From: Chiloscyllium plagiosum
Taxonomy: Eukaryota
Length of the DNA stretch: 64,000 nt
Direction of reading: 5' to 3'
NCBI RefSeq assembly: GCF_004010195.1
Contig: NC_057749.1
Coordinates: 8,682,293 to 8,746,292, forward strand
Shown: positions 12,555-25,004 of the stretch, piece by piece
Layout of the letters: the number at the start of each line of letters is the position of its first letter
Position numbering within the stretch: position 1 is the stretch's first letter
The notes under the pieces: model-generated
Databases searched by the model: none
Told to the model about the DNA's origin: nothing
What the model saw: only the letters and a program-made list of their open reading frames with translations
Made by a program: the position numbers and the translations under genes

Positions 12555-13034
12555 TAGTCATAGAGTCATAGAGATGTACAGCAAGGAAACAGACCCTTCG
12601 GTCCAACCCGTCCATGCCGACTAGATATCCCAACCCAATGTAGTCCCACCTGTCAGCACCCGACACATATCCCTCCAAACCCTTCCTATTCATATACCCA
12701 TCCAAATGCCTCTTAAATGTTGCAATTGTACCAGCCTCCACCACATCCTTTGGCAGCTCATTCCATACACATACCACCCTCTGTGTGAAAAAATTGTCCC
12801 ATAGGTCTCTTTTATATCTTTCCCCTCTCACCCTAAACCTATGCCCTCTAGTTCTGGACTCCCCGACCCCAGGGAAAAGACTTTGTCTATTTATCCTATC
12901 CATGCCCCTCATAATTTTGTAAACCTCTATAAGGTCACCCCTCAGCCTCAGCCTGTTCAGCCTCTCCCTGTAGCTCAGATCCTCCAACCCTGGCAACATC
13001 CTTGTAAATCTTTTCTGAACCCTTTCAAGTTTCA
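12555..13034 (-). mobile_element. CR1 3' fragment inside the duplicated segment (ORF 12544-12999)
   Basis: LRGDLIEVYKIMRGMDR...FFTQRVVCVWNELP. Confidence 0.9.
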
Positions 13035-13368
13035 NNNNNNNNNNNNNNNNNNNNNNNNNNNNNNNNNNNNNNNNNNNNNNNNNNNNNNNNNNNNNNNNNN
13101 NNNNNNNNNNNNNNNNNNNNNNNNNNNNNNNNNNNNNNNNNNNNNNNNNNNNNNNNNNNNNNNNNNNNNNNNNNNNNNNNNNNNNNNNNNNNNNNNNNNN
13201 NNNNNNNNNNNNNNNNNNNNNNNNNNNNNNNNNNNNNNNNNNNNNNNNNNNNNNNNNNNNNNNNNNNNNNNNNNNNNNNNNNNNNNNNNNNNNNNNNNNN
13301 NNNNNNNNNNNNNNNNNNNNNNNNNNNNNNNNNNNNNNNNNNNNNNNNNNNNNNNNNNNNNNNNNNNN
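13035..13368. other. Assembly gap
   Basis: Run of N. Confidence 1.
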
Positions 13369-13950
13369 TTACTTTGAATTCTTTCTTGGGATGTGGTTAG
13401 GATCAGTGTTTATTGCCTGGCCCTAATTGCCCCCTGGGAAGGTAGTGGGTAGGTGCCTTCTTGAACTGCTCTTATCCTTGGGATGTAGGAACACCCATGG
13501 TGCTGTTAGACAGGGAGTTTCAGGTCTTCATCCAGTGATATATTTCCAAATCAGGATAGTATTTGACTTAGAGGGGGACTTCCAAGCAATGGTGCTCCCA
13601 TCTGGTGCTCTCATTCTTCCAGTTGGGAGAGGTTGTGGGTTTGGAAGGGGCTGTCAGAGGTGCCTTGGTGAGTTAGTGCAGTGCATCCTGTAGATGGTAC
13701 ACAGTGCTGCTCCTGTGCATCAGCGATACAGGGAATGAATGTTTAAGGAGGTAGATGAGCTGCCATTGCTAGCACAATTTAAAGCAATTTGTCAGGCATA
13801 TAATAAATAGAGTGTATTGGAACATATGAATTGTTCTTAAGCATGATTTGAGGAAATAGGAGATACAAACATGAGGTGTTGTGGAAACGATATTGTTTGA
13901 ATCTGTTGGTTTCCTATGTATTTTCATTGTATGTGGATTATCTCTGGCAA

Positions 13951-13986
13951 GTTCCTGAAGAAGGGCCTGTGCCCGAAACGTCGAAT
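13951..13986 (+). ncRNA. Minimal type I hammerhead ribozyme motif in a Penelope terminal repeat
   Basis: gttc-CTGAAGA-a-GGGC-ctgt-GCCC-GAAA-cg-TC-gaat: conserved core, stem II, stem I, and palindromic ACGT at helix III. Confidence 0.75.
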
Positions 13987-15404
13987 CTCCTGTTCCCTGG
14001 ATGCTGCCTGACCTGCTGTGCTGTTCCAGCAATAAAGTTTCAACCATGGCACCATCAGGCAGCAGTGCTAGCCACTGTGGTGCCATACTGTCCCCTAACA
14101 AATTCACTTTGTTGAACTGAATTTAAAATCGATTGGCCGCCGTGGTGGGATTTGAACCTAGACTACCTGAAACATTAGTCTGAGCTTGTAGATTACAAAG
14201 TTAGGCAATATGAAACGTGCAAATTTTCAAACAAGCTGTCTATGAAAAATCCTGACATGGGAATTTATAATGAAATAAACATTGAAAGGTGAAGAAAATG
14301 TGAAGACAAGCTTGTAGGCAAAACATTTTTAACGATAAACAAGTAAACAGACAAGTAGACAAATAGATTGATTCATTGAAATGTAAGAGGTTTAATGGCC
14401 TCCTGCGAAAGAAATGTGTAACATTTTCACTGTGGGTGACAAGTCTATCTGACATTTTCTCTACTTTTAAATATATGCATTCTATCCTTGAAGGGGCTCA
14501 GGGAATCACACATAAAGAGCATTCAATGACATCAAAGTGTCCCGCAGAGCAATAGGAACCAGTGTATGGAAGTTTAATTTTATTTGGTCTGAAATGTCAT
14601 GACATTTGTAAGGATCAGGAGAGGTACAGACCATGTTCATATTTATAATGCACCCTGCTTCTGTCAGGACACCCATGTATGACATTTACTGCAATAACAT
14701 TTTCTTTATTCTCATCAACTGAAAATCAACTGAAGACATTTAATATCAAATGCATCGTTATGTGTGTGGATGGAACACGAGTTGAATTTGAATGAGTGTT
14801 TCAGAAACATGAGAAAATCTGAGCTTGAAAGCAGGAGTCGAGCGCAGATCATGTCAATGTACAGGACTTTCTTAAAGCCTTTTGTAAAATAGACTTGTGT
14901 TCCATGCATAGGTGACCTTATAGATCACAAAGCATCTCACTTCCAATTAATCGTACTTGTGAAATGCAGCAACCTTTTTAAAACAAAATTAATTTGTGGG
15001 AGTCACTGGCTGGCCAGCATTTATTGCCTGTCCCTTGAAGAGATTAAGTAGCTGTTGGTACAACTGAATGGCTTGCGAGGCCATTTCAGAGGGAAATTGA
15101 TCGTCAATCGTATAGTGTCCCATGGAGGCCAGACCAGGTGAAGATGGCATGAAGGGCATTAGTGAACCTGATTGGTTTTTCCCTCGACAATCGTTTCATG
15201 GTCATCAATAGATTCTTAATTCCAGATGTTTTATATTGAATTCAAATTCCACCAAGTGCCTTGGTGGGATTCAAACCAGGGTCCCCAGAACATTTGCTGA
15301 CTTACTCAATTAATACTCCAGTGATAATACCACTAAGCCATCTTACAGCTGTTACAACAACATTGGAAACTGAGCAGCTAATTTGAGCACAATGAGGGCC
15401 TGAC

Positions 15405-15735
15405 ATAGAATCCCTACAGTGTGGAAACAGGCCATTTGGCCCAACATGTCCATGCTGACCCACCAAAGATATTCCACACAGACCCATTCCCCTGCCCTAT
15501 TACTTTACATTTCCCTGGCTAATGCACCTAGCCTATACATCCCTGGACACTATGGGCAATTTAGCATGACCAATTCACCTAGCCTGCACATCTTTGGATT
15601 ATGGGAGGAAGCCGGAACACCCAGAGGAAACCCATGCAGACATGGGGAGAATGTGCAAACTCCACACAGAGGCTGGAATCGAACCTGGGCCCCTGTCGCT
15701 GTGAGACAGCAGTGCTAACCACTGAGCCACCGTGT
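15405..15735 (-). mobile_element. V-SINE
   Basis: Head, V-domain and tail as at 7017. Confidence 0.9.
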
Positions 15736-16290
15736 CTGTAAACTGCAAAACGTTATTCTACTACAGCAATGTGGTTATGAGACGAGCTTCGTTCAAGATG
15801 CTAGAGGTAACAGCCTTGCTTTATTTTGCAATATTGCCATGGCATCTTTCACATAAGAGGACAATGGGATTTTAATTTCATGTTTAATCCAGTGAACATC
15901 ACCATACCTACTCAATATTAAGTGGAGTGCAATCCTAAACTTAACACTTATGTCTTTTGTTTTGGGGCTTGAAGTCATCTTGGTTTGGAGACAACCATGC
16001 TACACTGAGCCACACCACCCTCTACTGAAGTGACCTTCTGCCTGAAAGAAGGCATGGGATATCAAGTTCTGAAGGGTCAATGCAAGGACATTATCTCCAA
16101 CATATCACAGTTTAGAATGGAAGGATCTTCTATTTTTGTCATAATCTCAACGTAGAAAGCTCTTCCTGCTGAGCTGGCCTTGGGAGCAGGAATTCCATTG
16201 AATGCAGTCTGGCCTTTAGGAAACATGAGAAAGACTGTTAATTTCTCATTGAGATGCTGATGGTGACCAACCTTTTTGGACAGTGTCCAA

Positions 16291-16580
16291 CATTAGCACT
16301 GCTGCCTCACAGCGCCAGGGACCCGGGTTCAATTCCCGCCTCGGGCGACTGTCTGTGTGGAGTTTGCACGTTCTCCCCGTGTCTGTGTGGGTTTCCTCCA
16401 GGTGCTCCGGTTTCCTCCCACAGTTTAAAGACGTGCAGGTTAGGTGAATTGGCTGTGCTAAATTGCCCATAGTGTTAGGTGTAGTGGAATGGGTCTGGGG
16501 TGGGTTGCTCTTCGGAGGGTCAGTGTGGACTTGTTGGGCTGAAGGGCCTGTTTCCACACTATCGGGAATTTAATCTAAAA
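16291..16580 (+). mobile_element. V-SINE, slightly 5'-truncated
   Basis: ttagcactgctgcctcacagcgccagggacccgggttcaattccc followed by V-domain and tail. Confidence 0.9.
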
Positions 16581-18807
16581 ATGACCTACTTTGGAGCTGT
16601 CCAGCTCATAGTGCTAACCAGAGCTCTTGTTGAACACTTACCTGAGTTCTGTATGTTTGTCCAAATTGTGTAAGTCTGCTTTGGGAACAATGAGGAGGAA
16701 TGGGCTGATCTCCAGCTCATCCACAGTCACTCTGAAGGAAGATTTTCCTACTATTTCTCTTGAATTTCTGCCCGCACTGATCTCCCATGCACATCTCAGG
16801 GTACACTCTCGAGAATCTCCATAGAATGTTTCCCTCTTTAGTCAATCAATTCTCCCCTGCAGCAACGCACAGTAAAAGTGTACAGCATTCAAAACGAGGT
16901 GCCTCTTCACTGTCTTTCTGTCAGCTCTCTCCAGGTGTGATCTGTATACTTCAGGATTTCTCTTATCAACATCCTTTGTCACCCATGCAGCCACACCTTT
17001 ACAAATACAATCCCTTCTGATTGCAGAAAAGAATTCCACTCTCCGCTTTTGATGAAGTGGGATATTGCTTGATTTTTCTTTTCACCGAAATTCGCAAAAG
17101 TCAGAACCTTGTTTCTTTTCCCCCGCCGTGCCTGGGAATGAGGACATTTTGTACAAGGGCTGTGGGGAATGCTCAAAATCATTATCAAAGAGACATAGGA
17201 CAAGAGGCCACTAATTACAAGGATAATATCAGAACTGAAAGGTTAGAACAATGAGTTCCCCAGGAACAGGAATTTGAAGCTTTAGGAAGTTATGTTAAGG
17301 CTGACTTGAGCCTACCTGTTGAGCACTTACAGATACTAATATACTTTGGAAAAAAGTCTGTATGTCTTCACATAGAGTTTGTTACTCCATTTGAATACAC
17401 CCAGTCCTCCCCTTTCTTTTATCCACATTTCAGTAAATAACCTGATTAGATATCTCCAGCACATGTGGGACTTGAACTCCAACCTCCTGGCCTAGAATTA
17501 GGGACACTACCACTGTGTCACAAGAAACCTTTATTTAGGTTCAAATTCCACCATTTGTTACCTTAGGCTTTGAATTCATGTGACTGGGAGCTATGGATTA
17601 TCACTAATAGTGATATTACCCATGTGAGAATCACAATGGTCCTACAGAACCCAAGCACTGCTCTCTCATTAGAGAGAGACAACTGGTGGTGATTTAACAT
17701 GAGGGTCACCATACCTCAGGGGTGGGGAAGAGGTTGAGAAGGAGACCCTTTTATGGTAAGCTAAGCCGGTGATAGGAATTAAACCTACACCGTTGCTATT
17801 AAACTGCTTTGAAAGCCAACCATCCAGCCAACTGAGCTAAACCTACTCCTAAGTAACATGACCACTGCACCATTGTGTTCCCAGTCTACACTGTAATGTA
17901 ATTAGCTAATTAATTCCCAATACCCATTCACCTTGTTACCTTCAACTTCTAGGTACTTACAATTAGAATGAGGTGCTTCCATTTGATAAGATATTCATCG
18001 AGAGGCAGAGAAGAGGTTTCTACTTGTGAAAGGAAGACCAGAGTCAGGAAAACATGAGCACTGCTCAATCCAATTTGGAATTCGGGAAAAGCTGGATTAC
18101 CATCATCAAATGTCCCTTGTATATTTACTTTGGACCATTGAGAGATGCTGTCTTCCAGTACTGTACTGCCTAGGATTCTGTGGTCAATAAGAGTGTGAGT
18201 AGGTCATTCTATTCATTGAGCCTGTCCCATTCAAGTCGAGTGTCTGGAGTGGGACTTGAACTCACAATCATCTGAATTCCGGGTCTTCTAACCTGTACAA
18301 TGGTAACTTGCTCCCATGTGGAGGAGTTGGAGCAAGTAGGACAGATGTATTTAAGAGGAAGCTAGTTAAAGACATAAGGGAGATCAGGACAGAGGGATGT
18401 GCTGATAGCAGAATAATTGAATGTCAGGCACCGTGCTATAATTTGGTCTTTCCTTCAATGTCCCAGCACACATGTGTGATCTTTCTCTGCAGATGTTTTT
18501 TGCTCTTGCTGTGTTGGGGGCTGCAAGGTGGTGGTTTGTCTTCAAGGCTGCCCCGTGGGCTGTCTAGGAGGGATCTGATTCCAGCTGGAGACGTCAGACA
18601 TGGGATGGGTTGATTGGCCAGAGGTCCCATCCCACCCACCCCCATCTGCCTGCAACCGCCTCCTGGCTCCCAAGGACTGGGCAGTGATGCATCCTTCCCC
18701 ACATGGCCCCAAACAGAGTAATAAACCTTCTCCCCACAACTCCACTTCCCCACCCCCAACAAGTCCCACCTTCACATTGAGAACATCTTCCATGACGTTA
18801 TTTGGAC

Positions 18808-19530
18808 ACTGTTGAAAAGTGTGGCACTGGAAAAGCACAGCAGGTCAGGCAGCAGCTGAGGAGTAGGAGAAACAACGTTTCAGGCATAAGCCCTTCATCA
18901 GGAATGTTAGGGGGGCTAAGGGGGCTCAGAAATAAATAGGAGGGTGGGCATGTGGGTGGGAGTGAGGTAGGTGGGAGGTTATAAGTGGAAGGATGTGGAA
19001 GGATGATTCTGATAGGTTGGTACGTGGAAGGATGATTCTGATAGGTTGGTGGTGAGGGTGGAGTGGATAGGTGGGAAGGAAGATGAACAAATCAAGAGGG
19101 CGGTGCCGAGTTGGAGAGTTGGATCTGGGGTGAGGTGGTGAGAGGTGGATGAGGTAACCTAACCTTAAACCACCACCTCATTCCAGATCCAACCCTCCAA
19201 CTTGGCACCAACCTCTTGACCTGTCCTACCTGTTCATCTTCCTTCCCACCTATCTACTCCACCCTCCCCACCGACCTGTCACAATCACCCTTTCCCACAT
19301 GCATCTACCTATTGCCTTCTCAGCTAGCTCACCCACAACCCACTCCACCTCACCCGACTTCACCCCACCCTCCTATTTATCTGTCAGCCATCCCCCACAA
19401 TCCTGATGAAGGGCTTATGCCTGAAACTTCGGTTCTCCTGCTCCGCGGATTCTGTCTAACTTGCTGCACTTTTCCAGCACCACACACTGTTTGACTCTGA
19501 TCTCCAGCATCTGTAGTCCTCACTTTCTCT
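18808..19530. mobile_element. Penelope-derived palindromic element
   Basis: 18810-19150 and 19175-19490 are imperfect inverted copies, with decayed hammerhead cores in both arms. Confidence 0.8.
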
Positions 19531-19624
19531 TTGTTTAGACACTAAATGGGACAGACTTTGAATGGATCTAGCAGGTCATGCGAAGGGGTGTAGGGACAGC
19601 GGTTGGCAGGAAAACTGGGCATTG

Positions 19625-19951
19625 AATTAAAATCCCTACAGTGTGGAAACAGGCTCTTTGGCCCAACAAGTCCACATCCGCCTTCCAAAAAGTAACCCAC
19701 CCAGACCCATTCTCCTACACAGTATTTACCTTGACTAATGCTCCTAAAGTACACATTGCTGAACAGTTTGGGCGATTTAGCACAGCCAATTCACCTAGCC
19801 TGCACATTTTTGGACTGTGGCAGGAAACTGGAGCACCTGGAGGAAACCCACGCAGACACGGGGAGAACGTGCAAACTCAACATAGTCAGTTGTCCGAGGC
19901 TGGAATTGAACCTGGGTCCTTGGCGCTGTGAGACAGCAGTGCTAACCACTG
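19625..19951 (-). mobile_element. V-SINE
   Basis: Head, V-domain and tail. Confidence 0.9.
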
Positions 19952-20371
19952 ACCTCAGTAGCGACCAAGTTATATTTAGCCACAATCTGTAACCTGAAAG
20001 CTGAGCAGACTGGCTTGGTGAGGAGGCTGTGGTCATTGTGTAGTTTCAATGGATGAGTACTTGAGAACTCCAGGGTAATGTTCTGGAGGAGCATGAATTC
20101 GACCATGCACAAGGTGGAATTTAAATTCAATTAAAAACATACAGTTAAAAGCTCGTCTGATGTCCATATAAGAGGTACTGTCACCACAGTCTCAGCAGTC
20201 CATAGGGCTGTTCTCTCATGAGGAGGGAAGAGAGAGAGAGAGAGAGAGTTCGGGGGAGAGAGAGAAAGATAGAGAGAAAGTTGAGAAGGAGAATCCTGCA
20301 TGGTCACCTCATCAAGATCAGGGTCTGAGTCCATGCTGCTGGTATCAGTGTGCATCACAAATCACACAGCC

Positions 20372-20550
20372 AGCAGCATCTGTGGAGAGAAATCACAGTT
20401 AACTTTTCAGGTCCAGTGACCATTACTCAGAACTCGGGCCCTTCTTCAGTTCGTCAGTTTTGAGGAAAGGTCACTTGACCCAATACGGTAACTCTGATTT
20501 CTCTCCACAGTTAGTGCCAGACCTGCTGAGCTTTTCCAGCAATTTCTGTT
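20372..20550. mobile_element. Short palindromic Penelope-like element, third family
   Basis: gcagcatctgtggagagaaatcacagttaac...taactctgatttctctccacag. Related copies at 24512-24745, 30575-30670, 32530-32620, 39400-39595, 41638-41733 and 51730-51830. Confidence 0.65.
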
Positions 20551-21610
20551 AATGTTCCGTCAATACTACATCGGAGAGGTCAGCATAGTTTATAAGGAGC
20601 TTGAATCCACCACTTTTTTGCATTTATGTAGCACCTTTCCAAAACACTCATGATTATGTCACGTTCCCTCACTCCTTCACTGGAGTGTCAGCCGAGACTT
20701 TAGAGTCAGGAGTAGGATTTGAACCCACAAATGATCCAGTGGTGAGTCCCAGCTGACCCCAACCAAGCAAGTAACAACTTCAAATAGCTTATCAATCCAA
20801 CTAAAAAGCAACGGCAGCACGAAACAGCATTGCCCTTCGAGCAAGTTAATACAAGTGATTTAATTAGTGAAAAACATCCCACAAGCACAGCACTTGACAT
20901 CCACAGTTATACAGGTGAAGGGTTAGATTTGGTTTTGTTCAGTGCTTTTGGGAGCTATTTGAGCTACAGCAACAGGATCAACTTTGACCCAGCCCGGCCA
21001 TCACGTTTGACTCCAGATGAGACACCTCTCCTACCAGCCCCTGTCCCTACATCCCCTCCAGGCAATGATGAACCACTAGAAAGAGGCTATTTTCTGTTGG
21101 CACTTTGAGTGTTGCTTTCTGTTTCATCCTGCCCACTTCACAAGCTATCCAATCTTTCTCCATAAGATAACCTCTCATCACAGGAATCAATAGGTGAACT
21201 TTCACTGACATGCTTCTGATACGATTATGTCATTTCACAAATAAGGAGATGAAAACTGTACGCAGTACTGCAGATGTGGTCTAACATGAGCTCTACAACC
21301 TCAAGGTATCACTACCTGGACATTCCAGTCCACTTGCAATAAATAATACTTTGGTTTCCAAACTTGCTGAAACTGCATTCTAACTTTTAGTGACTCACTT
21401 GTTTGAGAAGCTGGCTAAGTAAATGAGACAGAAAGGATTAGAAGGACACACTGATAGAGGGAGATAAAATATGTTGGGAGAAGAGCTTACTATAGAGTCA
21501 TAGTCATTTACAGCATAGAAACAGGCCATTCGGCCCAATATGCCTGTGCCATTCAGTATTCACAATTAAACTAATCCCATTTGCCTGCGATTAGTCTGTA
21601 TCCCTTGATA

Positions 21611-21950
21611 CCTGAGCATTTGAGCTATAGGGAGAGGTTGAATAAGCTAGGGCTGTTTTCCCTGGAGCGTCGGATGCTGAGGGGGGACCTTGTAGAGGTT
21701 TATAAAATCATGAGGGGCATGGATAGGATAAACAGACAAGGTCTTTTCCTTGGGGTGGGGGAGCCCAGAACTAGATAGGTTTAGGGTGAGAGGGGAAAGA
21801 TGTAAAAGAGACCTAAGGGGCAACTTTTTCACACAGAGGGTGGTGCGTCTATGAAATAAGCTGCCAGAGGAAGTGGTGGAGGCTGGTACAATGCAACATT
21901 TAAAAGGCATCTGGAAATGGCATATGAATAGGAAGGGTTTGGAGGGATAT
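21611..21950 (+). mobile_element. CR1 3' fragment; its tail continues at 23479-23594
   Basis: LSYRERLNKLGLFSLERR...; ends ggagggatat and resumes gggccagtgctg. Nested in an older minus-strand CR1 tail (21490-21610 and 23595-23690). Confidence 0.9.
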
Positions 21951-22216
21951 TAGATTAGATTAGTTTAGATTCCCTACAATGTAGAAACAGGCCTTTCGGC
22001 CTAACAAGTTCACACTGATCCTCCGAAGAGTAACCCACCCAGACCCATTTCTCTCTGACTCATGCACCTTACACTATGGGCAATTTAGCATGGCCAATTC
22101 ATCTGTCCTGCGGGAAAAAAAAACCAGAGCAAACCCCACACAGACAGTTACCCAAGGCTGGTATTGAACCTGAGACCCTGGTACTGTGAGGCAGCAGTAT
22201 TAACCACTGAACCACC
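21951..22216 (-). mobile_element. V-SINE with internal deletion
   Basis: (tagat)n tail, partial V-domain and head. Confidence 0.9.
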
Positions 22217-22404
22217 AGGTATAGAGCTTTGAAATCCCAATCCTCAAAAAGGGTTGGTATGCCAGACATAGGCTCGGGATTCCAAGTAGAATCTAAGTTC
22301 TTTATTTTACAATATTGTTGCTTTAACCTTGGTTATATATTCCTCAACCTTAGTGGCCTTACATTGTTTTCTCACGTCCCTTGTAATTTTTTTTATTTAT
22401 ATTA

Positions 22405-22413
22405 CATATACAC

Positions 22414-22448
<35 letters not shown>

Positions 22449-22465
22449 AACACAAACACACACAT
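22405..22465. repeat. (TA)n/(CA)n microsatellite
   Basis: Seen directly. Confidence 0.95.
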
Positions 22466-22707
22466 TGACAGTCATCTCCCCAGCTTTTGGGAATTTCATC
22501 TACTATATATATCTATCCCTATCCTTCAATCATATGCAGAATTTCCTCAACTGGCCAGTAAGGTAGCTTTCCATTCTTTAATTAACAATGAATTAATGCA
22601 GTCATGTTTTAAATTAACCATTAGTCAATAAGACGGGTCACTGACAATGTGTGAAGCAATTAAAACAAGTGATCCTGCCAAATAATTTTGATACGGGCTA
22701 ATACGAT

Positions 22708-22799
22708 TGATTATTATATATATATTAATAATATAAATAATAAATATATAATTATTAATAATAATAAATATTTATAATAATAAATAAAATAATCATTAT
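22708..22799. repeat. AT-only low-complexity tract
   Basis: Seen directly. Confidence 0.9.
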
Positions 22800-23478
22800 C
22801 TGTAATTCAGAGTGGGAACCCAACAAGTGACTAAAACATTTTAAAAACTGTACTCTGCTGCTTTATCCTTTTTATTGCATTATTCTCCTCCATTCTGTAG
22901 TTGATCTCCTTGCCTCTATTTTCATTTTAACCTTATTTAACCAATTTATCAATTTATGTTTATCTAACTTCAAAGCCTGTTCCTAACTATACATTTTGGA
23001 ATCTTGATTGTCATAATCTGAAAGCTAGTTTTTGGATCGGAATTTTCAGCCAATCGAAAATTGCAAGAGGAGAATAACTCAATAGGTGATCTGTCTCGTT
23101 CACTCGTCCTAGTCACGGTATCACATGACTGTGACATCATGGATCCTGCCAACTCCATGGCAATGGGGCAGTGATGCCACAAAAGAAAGTGATTGATCTA
23201 CCACCCTATTCCTCGATATGTTTGGCTATCCCTATTTTCCAAAGGTTGGAATCCTGGGTGACAGCAGTGCCTGTTTAAGTCAGGTGGTAGTCCTTTTTCA
23301 TCCTTTAGGGACACCTAATGATATGGATAAAATTCAGTTTGGATTTTGGGGAGAGCTCTGACTGGTGTGGTACCAAGCATACTTTACGCATTACTGAGCG
23401 GGGATCCAGCTGAAGAAGATTACGGAAAATAAGTTTTCATTTATTTTTGTAGACATTGGAGGATCAACAGAGTTTAGT

Positions 23479-23594
23479 GGGCCAGTGCTGACAGGTGGGA
23501 CTAGATTGGATTGGGATATCTGGTCAGCATGGACGAGTTGGACTGAAGGGTCTGTTTCTGTGCTGTACATCTCTATGATTCTATGATTCTATGA
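23479..23594 (+). mobile_element. CR1 3' UTR and tail, continuing 21611-21950
   Basis: Matches 2967-3072 and ends (ctatgatt)n. Confidence 0.9.
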
Positions 23595-25004
23595 TATCTA
23601 TCCCATCCATTAATGTTTCTTGGATGAAATTGTAGTCGTTTCCTCCAGCAGCCCTTTCCAGACACTCACCACCCTCTGGTCGAAAGGTTTGCTAAAATCT
23701 ATGTAAACTACATCAGCTGAACTTCTCTCATCCACACAATTGATCACACTTTCAAAAAATTCTAACAAATTTGTTAGGTATGACCTCTCTCTCCAACAAA
23801 GCTGTGCTGACTATCCCCATTTAATCCAGGCCTTCTGAGAGCATAACAATTAGTAGAGACTAGTAGGCTGAGTGGTCTGACTCTATGCTGTGTGTTCTGC
23901 ATAATTTCAAATACATGGTGGTTTAGCCAAGGAGAATTAATGATCTCCAAAAGCACACTCTGAATAGATAGCATTTCATCAGCTAGGACACAAATTGAAC
24001 AGCACTTTTTTTTTATATATAGAATACACTGAGTTGAACTGATACATTCATCAATTGCACAACAGCGGCACCACCCTTCCCACAGCAGTCTAATCATTTG
24101 TGCCTGTCACTTCCTAAGTGTCAGAGGAGCTGTCAAAAAAACAGCAGGCACAAGGGAGTATCACAGATGCTCTTTGAGCTGAGATCTGACTGTTACAGGA
24201 CTGATTATCCTTTAGTAAAAAGCACTTCACAAATCAATGACAGATCCCATTGATTGCTCACTCACCAAAAGCTTTTAAGGAAGATTTGTTATGTAGAGAC
24301 TATTCGAACTATGGTGGTAGAAGGTAAAGTATTGCAATGTAAGGATACAGGCTTCACAGCTTCAGACTTGAAAGGGAAACTCAAGCACTGGTCAAATTGT
24401 GTGGGATAATAGGTATAAACAATGACTGCAGATGCTGGAAACCAGATTCTGGATTAGAGTGGTGCTGGAAAAGCACAGCAGTTCAGGCAGCATCCGAGGA
24501 GCAGGATAGTCAAACAAAGAACTGCAGATGCTGGAAATCTGAAACAAAGAGCAGAAATTGCTGGAGAAACTCAGCAGGTCTGGCAGCATCCATGGAGAGA
24601 AAGCACAGTTAACATTTGAGTCCCACGACCCCCCTTCAGAATTGTAGTTCAGGATTCCTGGACTCAAAACACGAACTCTCTTTTCTCTCCAAAGGTGCTC
24701 CCAGACCTATTGGGTTTTTTCAGCAAATGTTTCCAATTGTTTCAGATTGCGTTGTGCTTGAATACCACGCAGAGTTAAATAAAAGAATTTACCTTTCACC
24801 AACTCAGGATGTCTCAAAATGCTTTACCGCTAAATAAAAGTCTAGTCAGCTCAGGTGGGACTGCAGCAATCAATTAATGCATAACCTTCCCTCTTCAGAG
24901 TTAAGGGAGTGAACAACAGAAGCATCCGCGATGACAATGTGAGAATGATTTCTGAATCAAATGAGTAGATGAAGAATTGGCGAAGGGGTCAAAAGTTCTT
25001 TTTC

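Larger units (their letters stand above)
12117..14043. mobile_element. Penelope-type insertion with inverted arms enclosing captured local genomic DNA
   Basis: 16-bp TSD ccatg(c/g)caccatcagg at 12101-12116 and 14044-14059. Arms 12151-12215 and 13980-14044 are reverse complements. Interior duplicates 9061-10092. Confidence 0.85.

Noticed and set aside
18493..18613. Signal-peptide-like exon (CFLLLLCWGLQGG...)
   Set aside because: Good acceptor but no convincing donor or partner exon, and no recognisable homology.
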